Assembly (NCBI RefSeq): GCF_018977255.1
Contig: NW_024704743.1
Span: 74,836,001-74,900,000 of the forward strand
Reading direction: 5' to 3'
Length of the DNA stretch: 64,000 bases
Source: Callorhinchus milii
Taxonomy: Eukaryota
The position numbers and the translations under genes were made by a program. The notes below the pieces were generated by a model. The model searched no databases, had not been told where the DNA came from, and saw only the letters and a program-made list of their open reading frames with translations. Of this stretch, positions 12,836 to 24,555 are shown one piece after another (position 1 is the stretch's first letter; every line of letters begins with the position of its first letter).

Positions 12836-14515
12836 TTTTTTCTATTTGTCTAGCTAACATTGTATCACATTATTGAAATGTCTCAAATCATTTCCCAGAT
12901 ATACTGTATATTGTGTATTTGTCGGTATATTTATACTTGTACTGGGATACTAATGCCAAGATTTTTCAGTTGAAGTCTAACGCCAATCAACTATGTTTCA
13001 TTGAATGGCAATTTAAGCATCAGCCTTGCTCAATTGGTAGCATTTTTGCCTCTGAATCAGAAGGTCGTGCTTTCAACAGCAATCACAGTAAATCCTATGA
13101 ACAGCTTTAAAACATCCTACGGACATGAAAGGGGCTACATCAAATGCAAGGATTATTATTATAGAGTATCCAAACCAAAGAGTTCCATGTATTCATGGAA
13201 GTTTCTGTTTCTTTGGAACTTCAGTGCCTTGGCCATCCTCCCGACGTGAAAGACGCTATATAAACGCAATTTGTTGTTGAACAGAATACTCTCCATCTGG
13301 AGAAGTATTCCTGGGAAGTATTAGGTGCAGCTTTCCAAGAAGCAAGGATTGAGGACCCTAGAGTGTGCACTGTAGTTTAACCAGCTAAAACTTGCTTGCC
13401 ACTGCTAAGGTTGTCTGGCTAGCTTCCCACTGCTTGTCAACTAGGACCACCCTACCTGTTACAGCTTTAGCTTTCAATTGGTACTATGCTTTTAGCTGAC
13501 TCCCACCCCAGCTTGGGTGGCCAGGAGACATTACCAAGTGTTTTAAGATGTCTTCCCAACGTGAAAGATTAATGTAAATTTTATTGTGTTGTTTTCCAGT
13601 AGCATTCTTGCTATTTGTTTTCTCNAAAAAATACACAAAATATCTGATCTCAAACCAACATGTAGAGACAATTCAGTGACTCTGGCTTTTCCTAGTAACA
13701 GTTAATATATTACGAACGTTAATGATAACAGCAGAGGAGCTGCTTTTCCTTTTCAAACTTTNAAAAATAGGCATCTCAATTACAACAATGGTGTAACATT
13801 TTAATTTTAATTCATTTTCTTGTCATGTAGTATACTGTACTTTCAACAGAGCAAACTTACATAGGAAAGTATCAAGCAAATGATCTTAGATATTCCACTT
13901 ATAGTGAAAATGCATTTAATCTAAATGATGGGTGCAAGTCAGATTATGTCAGCTAGATTTTCTTTAGGTGAAACTCTGTTTTACTTTGAAATTAAGAACA
14001 ATTTCAGTGGTAAATGTAGTTTGTACTTTATGGCTGAGAAGAAAAAAAATAAAAAGAAAAAAAATGAAATTAATTGTTGGGATATTTGGAGTTGATTACA
14101 AGGCAGTAATCTTATCCAATGATTTTCATAGTAATTGGAGCCCGTAGCATTGCGTGACTGCTCTGAAATGACTCCTGCGTACACATATTGTTGATTCACG
14201 TTTTATACAATGGCTTTAGTGTGTTTGGGATTTGTGCTGATATTGGATGACTCCTGCTCCATTTCAATGCACAGAGATCAACAAATAATCATTGTGTTAC
14301 CGTGATATTCTTTACCATGAAATGATACCAGGAACATATAATATAAAAGGTATAATACATGTGGGTGAAATTAAAATGTTAAACATAGCGCCTCGCTGAC
14401 TAAGATTTTGACAAATCCTCCAAAATATTGAGATCAGATTGAATGTAGTAGGACTTTCTCTCTGAAGTTTCCTTTCTGACACAGCTTAACAGCTGAAAAC
14501 TGTCACACAATGTTC

Positions 14516-14534
14516 TTAGTCTTCTGGTTCATAC
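14516..14534 (-). CDS. LZTFL1: LZTFL1 exon 10 coding part (YEPED*)
   Basis: cttcag|G TAT GAA CCA GAA GAC TAA matches the LZTFL1 C-terminus. The 3' UTR extends toward lower coordinates; its end was not determined. Confidence 0.94.
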
Positions 14535-15180
14535 CTGAAGACATCAAACACACAATATTAATGTTCCATTTTAGGAATAATCACAAATCTCAAACACTAC
14601 TGGTAACAAAGGAAGAGTTTCACACAGGAGTTGACTATTCCATCTATTTACAAAAGATTCCTTCAAACCATCTCTCTTAACATCTAATTACATTAAATCC
14701 TTTTAATTTCCAGGGACTTTATTGTTCCTGTTCCATTACCTGTGTTGGAAGTTGTTCCACAAATGCGATAATTACCTAAACAATTTAAATAATTAAGCAT
14801 TTACTGTTTTCTCTGGCGTGAAGTTATTTGCTTAGCAATCTGTTTTGGTAGACTTCATAAGAATCAGAACGTAGCTAAAGTATTGCTAGGGTTCGCATAC
14901 ACCAGCCGTTCACAAAAGCTGCTTTAAATCTTGATTTCTCAGGAAATATATAAAAACATAAACTGGAAAATAACTACCTAGAACATATCTAGAAGCAGCA
15001 TTTTACATTTAAAATACTTCAAAATATTCCTTTCCTATGTATTTTCCAGGCACTTTAAATCCGAATGAGAAACAGGAAAGGAGATGAGAGCTTGCTTGGT
15101 ACGAGTAAACATTTAATAATGAGGAAGATTGAACATATCCTTTCTCAGTCATGAATCCTCTATATATCTAGCATAACATA

Positions 15181-15288
15181 TAGGGTGACCAAAAAGTTGT
15201 AGTAACTACCGTATTATCTAAAAAAAATACTAATTTCTTTAAGACTTATTAGACATTGTAATGGTATCACGACTTTTTGATCACCCTG
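15181..15288. mobile_element. Tc1/mariner-type MITE (108 bp)
   Basis: TIRs TAGGGTGACCAAAAAGTTGT and ACGACTTTTTGATCACCCTG (17/20 match), flanked by TA on both sides. Confidence 0.8.
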
Positions 15289-15373
15289 TATATCAAGGAT
15301 TTTTGTCATTATAGTAGATAAGACAGTTTGTTTTTATTTGCGCATTCTTTTTTGGATTCAGATATTAACTTAC

Positions 15374-15477
15374 TTTGAAAGGCGTTTGCGTAGCTCCTTT
15401 ATTTGGTCATTCTTTTTTGTCAATATTTCTTTCATATTACGATATCCAGCCGTTTGCTGGAACTTCTTTTCCAATTC
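15374..15477 (-). CDS. LZTFL1: LZTFL1 exon 9
   Basis: gacag|...|gtaagt; ELEKKFQQTAGYRNMKEILTKKNDQIKELRKRLSK. Confidence 0.97.
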
Positions 15478-16625
15478 CTGTCATTAAAATAAAGAAATGT
15501 CACTATTAGAGTGTATTAAAAACTGCCACTCTGTTAATTGATGCTTAGCAATTGGGTGTGACGAACAACAATACTTCTGTTCCAATAAAAGAGAAATACA
15601 TTTCTGTTTCTGCAGAAGACTCTCTGATGTTTTGTTGCCTGGTGACTTGGTTCATACAGATTTGTTGTTGTTATGGACTCCATTCATACAAAGGAATGGC
15701 CAAACTCAGCTGATCATCCCCTCCTATACTGAGGGAGGAGTTGCTTTGCACATGTAAGTTGTTGCCACATTGTTTGGGATCTTGCCTGGGTGGTCATCAC
15801 CATGTTCTTCTCAGCACTTCATTGAGACAATTAAAATGGCAGAACTGAATTGTGCTTGGAATCTGCAAATGAACAACTTTCAAACAAAATGGCAAAACTC
15901 ACTGGTTGCCAAAATGTTAATAGTGCATCTAAGTAGATTGGACATCTGGCATACAGAGATTTTAAATGTCTATAATACATTTCAAGATATTTCCCTTATT
16001 ACTGAAGTAAGCTCACATGTGAATTGAATATTTTGGTCACCATCAGTTTCAAATAATAAAAAATGTATGAAAAGGTGCCTTAAAGCATGAATTGCCCTGA
16101 TTACTGAGGTTCAACTGTACCTGCTCGGCTGTAACACATGTATGAGGATTGACCATGTGGACTATGATGGAACTGTTAATTTTGTTAATAGTGAGTATCC
16201 TAGCCTCCATGATCATGGTTTGTAATCACACTGCATTGATAAATATAGAAACCCAGGTATTAGTCAAACAGTTGTTCATGTTCCTNGGGGGGAATAAGCC
16301 CTCCAAAAAAAAAAAATCTGGTCACTCAATCCACATTTATTTGTGGACCACTGCTCTGAGCAATTGGCTGCCATGTTTTGCCCACAAAATACAAGTCACT
16401 TTACAATATATTCTGTGAAGTGCATCGAGATGCCATGAAAGGGCACTATATCAGAAGATTATTATTATTAAATGTCAATGCCTTTTTTTGTGTCACCTTG
16501 AATCACTGCTTTCTAATATGCATATAAGATGGGAGTAATTATTTGTTTATGGTTCAGTTTTCCTACCCATTTGTTTTCAACAGGAACATATAATTTATGT
16601 ACAAGGTGGGGTTCCAAATACAAAC

Positions 16626-16802
16626 CTTCTCAGCCATTTCTAGTTGCTCCTGTACTTTGAGAAGGTTGTGTTTAGTAGAAATCAGATTATCCTCTAATGA
16701 TTTCTGGCTTTCGGTGCTTGCATTCAGAGTCTTCTCAAAATCTTCCCTCAGTGTTGCCACTGTCTTCTCAAGATCAGTCACCTCCTTAGTATTCAATTTA
16801 GG
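16626..16802 (-). CDS. LZTFL1: LZTFL1 exon 8
   Basis: ttttag|...|gtttgt; PKLNTKEVTDLEKTVATLREDFEKTLNASTESQKSLEDNLISTKHNLLKVQEQLEMAEK (overlaps ORF 16563..16796). Confidence 0.96.
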
Positions 16803-17528
16803 CTAAAAGAAAGTTTGAGGTTTCTGGTCACAATGTTCACCTTCACTCATAAGAAAAATGAATGTCAATTGGCAAAATTGACATTTTACCAATATACAGG
16901 GAAATATGTATTGAATTGCTCTTTGCAGAAAGAATAAACAAGCATAGGTACATACCAAAATGTCATTCGAGGAGGCAAAAGGGAGCAAGAACATTTTAAT
17001 TAAAATGTTGTGCTATTATACAAAAAGAAAACAGTTTAAAAGAAGGTATATCAATAAAAGAAATCACCAAGTTTGCAGATGATAGAGAAGGCTTTGTATG
17101 GCTGAGGTTTCTGAGTGGTGGTAGCAACTGCAGGGCAATTTGTGTTGAGTGCAAAATAATTACAGTACTTTGGAAGGAAACAGTCAAAAGAGGGAGTGTG
17201 TGTCAATTGAAACAGTTACATTCTATGGATTAATAAGAATATAACCATGAAATCATAACAGCCCAGTACTTGGTTTCAGTAAAAACACAACATGCAATGC
17301 CCGATTGCGACAGAGAGAGGGCAGAATACAAATCAAATAAATTATATTATAGCTGCACATGGAGTTCTTTAGATCCATCACCTAATAATAGGAAAGATAT
17401 TGCAATTGACAGGGGTGAACAATGATTCTGTGTATGACAAATTTAAGATACGAGGAAAGGAAAAAGACTTTCGGTGCTTGCATTCAGAGTCTTCTGAAAT
17501 CTGCTCTCAGTATTGCAACTGTCTTCTC

Positions 17529-18392
17529 TTAATTCGCAGATGATATTAAGCTAGGTGGGAGAGTAAGCTCTGAGGATGACACAAAAAGATTGCAAAGGGA
17601 TATAAATAGGCTAGGTGAGTGGGCAAGAAGGTGGCAGATGGAGTATAATGTGGGGAAGTGTGAAGATATTCACCTAGGTAGTGAAAATAGAAAAGCAGAT
17701 TATTTTCTAGAGGGGAGAGATTAGATAGTGTTAGTGTTCAGAGGGATTTGGGTGTCCTTGTACACCAGTCACGAAAAGTTAGTTTGCAGGTACAGCAAGC
17801 AACTAGTAAGGCTAATGGCATGTTAGCGTTTATTGCAAAAGGGTCAGAATATAAGAGTAGGGAAGTCTTGCTGCAGTTGTATAGGGCCTTGGTGAGACTG
17901 CACCTAGAATATTGTGTGCAGTTTTGGTCTCCTTATTTAAGAAAGGACATACTCGCCTTAGAGGGGTTGCAGCATAGATTCACTAGGTTAGTTCCTGGGA
18001 TGAGGGGGTTGACCTATGAGGATAGGTTGAGTAAACTAGGCCTATATTCTCTAGAATATAGAAGGATTAGGTGTGATCTTATAGAAACCTATAAGATCCT
18101 TATTGGGGTAGAGAATTCCATAAATTCACCAGCCTCTGAGTGAAGAAGTGTTTCCTCAACTCTGTTTGAAAGGGCTGTCCCTTAATCTTAAGACTGTGAC
18201 TCCTAGTTCTAGATTCTCCTATCAGGGGAAATAGTCTCACACAGGTGAATCTAGAACTAAGGGTCACAGTCTTAAGATTAAGGGACAGCCCTTTCGGACA
18301 GAGTTGAGGAAACACTTCTTCACTCATAGTGAATTTATGGAATTCTCTATCCCAGAAGGCTGTAGATGCTCAGTCCTCGAACATATTCAAGA
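17529..18392 (+). mobile_element. CR1 3' fragment with an internal inverted duplication
   Basis: FADD (ttcgcagatgat) start and ORF 17748-18143 (LVRLHLEYCVQFWSPYLRKD); inverted segment at 18103-18241. Confidence 0.9.
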
Positions 18393-18760
18393 CTACCTCT
18401 GTGATTTCCTAACCCCTACCATCTTGCTCACTCCCTCCGCTCAGCGGGCTCTGACCTGCTTCACGGCCCCTGCATCGCTCGCTCCACTATTGGCGGGTAG
18501 GCCTTCTGCCACTCTGCCCCCCTCCCTCTCGAACTCCATCCCGCAGTCCCTCCGCCTTTCCCCCTCCCTTGCCACCTTTAAGACCCACCTCAAGACCCTC
18601 CTCCAACCTTGTTTTCGATCACCCTGCTTCCCCTCCTGCCCTCCACCCTCCCCGACCCCCAATCCCCAGCTCAGGTCCAAAACTCTATTTGTCCATAGTT
18701 TTGGGATGTCCTCCTGACGTGAAAGGCACTATATAAATGTAATTTTGTTGTTGTTGTTTG
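18391..18760 (+). mobile_element. L2 LINE 3' fragment
   Basis: NSIPQSLRLSPSLATFKTHLKTLL; tail gtgaaaggcactatataaatgtaattttgttgttg. Confidence 0.85.
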
Positions 18761-19113
18761 TTCTCGCTGGTAAAGGGGAAACTGAGATATTTAAACTGGA
18801 AGTTTTCAAAATTATGAAGAATCTGTACACTCTTGACAAAGTGTTCAAATAGCACAGGACATGGTTTAAGAATTAAGAGAGAAACAGAGTGCAAAATTGA
18901 GCTCAACATTACTGAGCTAGGGAAAATGTCACCCAGAGATCCCACTCAAGATCCCCATCCAGGGACTGAGATTAGAAAATGTTGGATGAGGGTAGGAACA
19001 GACTCAAATATCCTTCCCGCTATCAAATAGTCTGACAATACTCACTGTTTGTCCTCACACATGAAGAATAGCCATGTGACTAAGATACTAGAGGACACAG
19101 TGCCCAGGTGCGA

Positions 19114-19487
19114 GGCATCCTGTAATGTAGTGGTTACTGTGCTCGCCGTGCAAGCAAGAGGACAAGGTTTGACTCCTGGACAGGGCGAAACCTTAAGCAA
19201 GTTTCCTTACTCCACACACCTCTGTTTACCTCGCAGTACGTAGGAACCCGGTTGTTAGTCGATTGGCGGATTGCTTTCTGGGGGAAAAATTCCCTCAAAA
19301 CAAAATAATAATAATCATTTGGTCACTCAATCCACGACTGTTTCTGGGACACCCCTCTGCACAATTGGCTACTGCATTTCGCCCACAAAATATACAGTCA
19401 TCACTTTAAAGTATATCCTGTGAAGCGCTTTGAGATGTCTTGAAGACATGATAAGGCGCTATATCAAATGCAAGGATTATTATTATT
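19114..19487 (+). mobile_element. tRNA-derived SINE (long subtype)
   Basis: Same head, body and tail as the other copies. Confidence 0.85.
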
Positions 19488-20208
19488 CCACTGCCAGACA
19501 CAGGCTCCAGGTAATGCTTTCCAGAAGCTGTCATCCCAAGCCTTAGTGTGTGTTTCAACGACTCAACAGACATTTTCATTTCTATACAGGGCAGCTTGTG
19601 ATGTGCCAGCCACCTCGATGTTCCAGAGCTCCAAGTCTAATAGCCTCCTATTGTGCTGAAAAAGTTTATATTTCTATGAGATAATAATACTAATCCTTGT
19701 TTTGATGCAGCACCTATAACACTGGAATATCCCAAAAGAATTTTGCAGGGAATTGCTGTCTAGTGTAGTGATTGAATATGTGTGTAGGCAAATACTGCAG
19801 CTAATTTAATCACAGCAATCATGAGTTGATTGACTAACTTATTTGGATAACTGTTTGTCTGGACTTAAAAGCTGCCTTCTCTTTTTGAATAGCATCATTA
19901 AATCTTTAGTATCTATCTCAAAGGCAGATAAGACTTCAGGTTTTCTCATCCATAGCCCTGGCAATGCAGCACTTTTCCGGTAAAGTCCTGCAATGTCAGC
20001 CTGATCTATGAACTTAAGCCCCAATGCGGAGCTTAACGTCTACCAAATCAACCCAGCAAGAATATTTTTAGGACTTCATGATAGTTTGTGGGACATTACT
20101 GCATGCAAATTGGCTGCTTTGTCTGCCTACAAGTACACAGTCACTACACTTCACGGTAAAATCCTGAAAAGCACTTTGAGTCGTCTCAGTGGTGTGATAA
20201 GCTGCTAT

Positions 20209-20717
20209 GGAGTCCTGCAGCTCAGTGCTCTGGAGTACTACAGCTCAGTGCTCTGGTTAGAGCATTTGTCTTGCAAGTGAGAAACCTGGTTTCTATTCCC
20301 AGTAGGGCGAAATGTTGGGCAAGTTTCCTTATTCCACAAGCCTGTTTACCTAGCAGTAAGTAGGAACCTGGTTGTTAGTTGATTAGCGGATCACTTTCCG
20401 GGGCTAATAATTCCTCAAAAAAACAATAATAATTTGGTCACTCAATCCAAATAATTTGGTCACTGTTTGTGGGACACTGCTGTGCATAATTGGCTGCTCA
20501 CCCTGACCATTTCCCCCCTGCTCGGTTCCTGACCCAACTGTACAGCGCCTTGGGACATCCTCCCGAAGTGAAAGGCGCTCTATAAATAGAATCTTGTTGT
20601 TGTGTTTTGCTCATAAATATACAGTCAATTCACTTTACAGTGTATTCTGTGAATCGCTTTGAGACATCTAGAAGACGTGAAAAGTGCTATATCAAATGCA
20701 AGGATTATAATTATTAT
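20209..20717 (+). mobile_element. tRNA-derived SINE with a duplicated head and a nested L2 3' piece (~20498-20603)
   Basis: cagctcagtgctctgg occurs twice in the head. The L2 tail cgccttgggacatcctcccgaagtgaaaggcgc...ttgttgttg interrupts the body. Confidence 0.8.
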
Positions 20718-20741
20718 CTTCATATCACAAATTTACCTTAC

Positions 20742-20819
20742 CTTTTGGTCTTGTTGAACTTTTTCCAGGTCTTTAACAGTTTTTTCAAGTTTCAACTTTT
20801 CATCCAGTGCACTTGTAGC
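20742..20819 (-). CDS. LZTFL1: LZTFL1 exon 7
   Basis: tttcag|...|gtaagg; ATSALDEKLKLEKTVKDLEKVQQDQK. Confidence 0.95.
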
Positions 20820-20859
20820 CTGAAATCACAGGTATTACAATTAACACCAGTGTCCCACA

Positions 20860-22850
20860 AAAGAGAATGTGGGTCCATTGCAACTATCAAAAGTGAATGT
20901 GGGTCCATTGCAGGCAGACACAGGAGAAATTATAATGGGGAATAAAGAAATGGCAGAGTCATTTTAAGATATTTAAGATGAGTGGGAGACAAAAAAATTT
21001 GCTTCTGTCTTCATATTAGAGGACACAAAAAACTTATCGAAAATAGAGGGGAACCTGGAGACTAATGTTAGTGAGGAACTTAAAGAAATGAACATCAGTA
21101 AAGCAATAGTACTAGAGAAATTGATAGGATTAAAAAACGATAAATCCCCTGGACCTGATGGACTGCATCCTAAGGTTTTAAAAGAGGTGACTGCAGAGAC
21201 ACTGGATGCTTTGTTTTTGATCTTCCAAAATTCCCTGGATTCTGGAATGATTCCCAGTGATTGAAAGATCACAAACGTAACGCCGATATTTAAGAAGGGT
21301 GGGAGACAAAAAAATGGGGAAAGTCTGACATCGGTGGTAGGAAAAATTCTAGAGTCCTTAATTAGGGACGTCGTTGTGGAGTACTTAGAAAATCATAACA
21401 TGATTAGGCAGAATCAGCATGGCTTTACGAAAGGGAAATCATATTTAACAAATCTTATCGAGTTTTTTTGAGGATGTAACTAGCAGGTTAGATAGGGGAG
21501 ATCCAGTAGACGTGGTATATTTGGAATTCCAGAAGGTGCCACATAAAAGGCTGTTGCATAAGATTAGAGCTCATGGAATTAAAGGCAATATATTAGCATG
21601 GATTGGAGAGTGGCTAACAGGACGAAAACAGAGAGTAGGGATAAACGGGTCCTTCTCAGAATGGCAGGATGTGACTAGTGGAGTGCCACAAGGATCAGTG
21701 CTTGGGCCTCAAATATTTACCGTCTATATCAATGATTTAGATGAGGAAATAGAACTTAACATATCTAAATTCAAGGACAATACGAAGATAGGTGGGAGAG
21801 TAAGCTTTGAGGATAGCACACGAAGAATGCAAAGGGAAATGAACAGGCTGAGCGAGTGGGCAAGAATAATAATAATAATAATCCTTGCATTTGATATAGC
21901 GCTTTTCACGTCGGGAGTTGACTGTATATTTGTGGGCGAACGCGGCAGCCAATTGCGCACAGCAATGTCCCACAAACAGTCGTAGATTGAAAATGACCAA
22001 TTTAATTATTGGTTTTTGGAGGGTGGCAGATGGAGTATAATGTGGGAAAGTGTGAAGTTATTCACCTAGGCAGTAAAAATAGAAAAGCGGATTATTTTCT
22101 GGAGGGGGAGAGACTAGGCTGTGTTAGTGTTCAGAAGGATTTGGGTATCCTTGTACACCAGTCACAAAAAGTTAGTATGCAGGTACAGCAAGCAACGAGG
22201 AAGGCAAATGCAATGTTGGCATTCGTTGCAAAAGGGTTAGAGTACAAGAGTAGGGAAGTCTTGCTGCAGTTGTATAGGGCCTTGGTGAGACTGCACCTAG
22301 AATATTGTGAGCAGTTTTGGTCTCCTTATTTAAGAAATGACATACTCGCCTTAAAGGGGGTGCATCGTAGATTCACTAAGTTGGTTCCTGGGATGAGGGG
22401 TTTGACCTATGAGGAGAGGTTGAGTAAACTAGTCCTATATTCTCCAGAATACAGAAGAATTAAAGGTGATCTTATAGAAACCTATAAGATTCTTAAGGGT
22501 CTTGACAGGGTAGATGCCGTGAGACTGTTTCCCCTGGTTGGAGAATATAAAACTAGGGATCATAGTCTCAGGATTAAGGGTCAGCCTTTTCGAACTGAGT
22601 TGAGGAAACATTTCTTCACTCAGGGGTAGTGAATTTGTGGAATTCTCTACCCCAGAAGGCTGTGTATGTTCAGTCCTTGAACATATTCAAGACTGAGGTT
22701 GATAGATTTCTGAAGGAATAGAAGGATTAAGGGATATGGGGATAGGGCAGGTAAATGAAATTAGGTTAGAAGATCAGCCGTGATGTTATTAAATGGCGGG
22801 GCAGGCTTGAGGGGCCAAATGGCCTACTCCTGCTCCTACATCTTATGCAT
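20860..22850 (+). mobile_element. CR1 LINE 3' ~2 kb (degenerate RT), interrupted by an antisense SINE fragment (21865-22022)
   Basis: ORFs 21512-21985 ([10 protein letters not shown]) and 22009-22629; 3' end ggccaaatggcctactcctgctcctacatcttatg. Confidence 0.92.
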
Positions 22851-22987
22851 TTATGCCAAGAAACTTTGGTATGAAATCAATTCAAAAACTAACAGATGTA
22901 GAAAATTATCCAGCTCTCCGAGATGTTACCCAGTGTGAATGGTGCTATATAAATGCAAGTTGTTATCCTGTTGTTTCCTGTTGTCAA

Positions 22988-23336
22988 TCGTGTAGCTCAG
23001 TGGTTATAGCACTCGCCTCACAAGCGAGTGACCTGGTTGTGATACCGGCAGGCTGAACGTTGGGCAAGTTTCCTTTCTCCACACGCCTGTTTACCTAGCA
23101 GTAAGAACCCAGTTGTTAGTCGATTGGTGGATCGCTTTTCCAGGGGTAATAATTCCTTTTAAAAAAAATTGGTACTCAATCCACAACTGTTTGTGGGACA
23201 CTACTGTGTGCAATTGGCTGCCGCGTTTTGCCCACAAATACAGTCAATTCACTTTACAGGATATTCTGTGAAGCGCTTTGAGATATCTCGAAGACATGAT
23301 AAGGTGTTATATCAAATGCAAGGATTACTATTATTG
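22988..23336 (+). mobile_element. tRNA-derived SINE (long subtype)
   Basis: tgtagctcagtggttatagcactcgcc head; tail atatcaaatgcaaggattactattatt. Confidence 0.85.
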
Positions 23337-23379
23337 TTTTTGTTACTGACAATCAACCATCGTGACACAGTTACTTTAC

Positions 23380-23445
23380 CTGTGTTTCTATAGTTTTAAG
23401 CCTGGCTTTTAGTTTTTCATTCTCATCTTGGAGTCTTGCAATTTC
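23380..23445 (-). CDS. LZTFL1: LZTFL1 exon 6
   Basis: tgcag|...|gtaaag; [22 protein letters not shown]. Confidence 0.95.
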
Positions 23446-24483
23446 CTGCACAAGGTACATAAAATGATAGTATTATTGTACTAACGCACATTAAATAGTA
23501 CAACATATCTAATCTCTTTCCTCCCACCGCATGAGGGATAGTGTGGCCTATATTCCACCGGAATACAAGTAATAATTCTATTTAAACTCCAACCTCAACT
23601 CAACTCCAACTCAACTAAATCCTTGTAAGAACAGAGCTGTGAGTTTTTCTTCTGAATTCAACAAATCAGATATTATACTTTGTTAGTTGTAGTGCAACAT
23701 CAATTATATTTTTAAACTGAAAACCTAGATTACTTAAATTAGATTACATTGGAAGATTCTCCTCATTTATTCACTTTCCTTTCTTTTACAGTCTCTAAAT
23801 TTGTCACGCACTGGGAGATACCAAGTACTGTAATTATAAGAAGAGGAGGGAATCTTTTGCAGGGAGTAGAGACTCCAGGTGCCAGGATTGATCTATCAAA
23901 CTGTCATTTTGCGGCATTAATATTTTGTAAAGGTGTAATCTATTGAACATTGTTTCAACAAACAAAAGGATTGGTTGTTAATTATACAATTCAGACCACC
24001 TATATACAAAAGTGTTGATAAATGTGTTGACACATGGTTTACACAACTTGCAAATCAGATTCCTCGGCAGAGATTATTTATTCAGGCTTTACACAACTTT
24101 CATACTGCACAAGTTTTTGCATGGTTCACGCAACTTGGAAAATAGATTTTGAAGACATATAATAGCTTGCTTTAGGTAGCAATCTGGCAAACATTATCAA
24201 GTGATATTTTTCTTCGTGCTGGCCAAGACTTGGTTGTAAAATGAGTTGATTCAGTTACTCTTTACTGAGCCAAGTAAATCTTAAATCTGCTAATTAATAG
24301 GCATGTAGCATACAATCTCCTTTTACCAATCTTTGCCAGGAAATTGTGTTGCCCTCTGTTCTAGGGCCACAGGATGTAGGGCCACAGAACTGTATTCTGT
24401 GAAGAAATGCTAAAATTCTGACTCACCATTCAGCTAAAACCGTTTTGACTACCCCTGAATAGCAAACATTTTTCAAGTTGTAC

Positions 24484-24555
24484 CTTGCTTAAGAGTCCAG
24501 ATGATCCTCCTTCGTTCAGTGGAGCAAGCTTTGGCTTCATGGCTTCAGAGTTTGT
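24484..24555 (-). CDS. LZTFL1: LZTFL1 exon 5
   Basis: cacag|...|gtacaa; TNSEAMKPKLAPLNEGGSSGLLSK. Confidence 0.95.
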
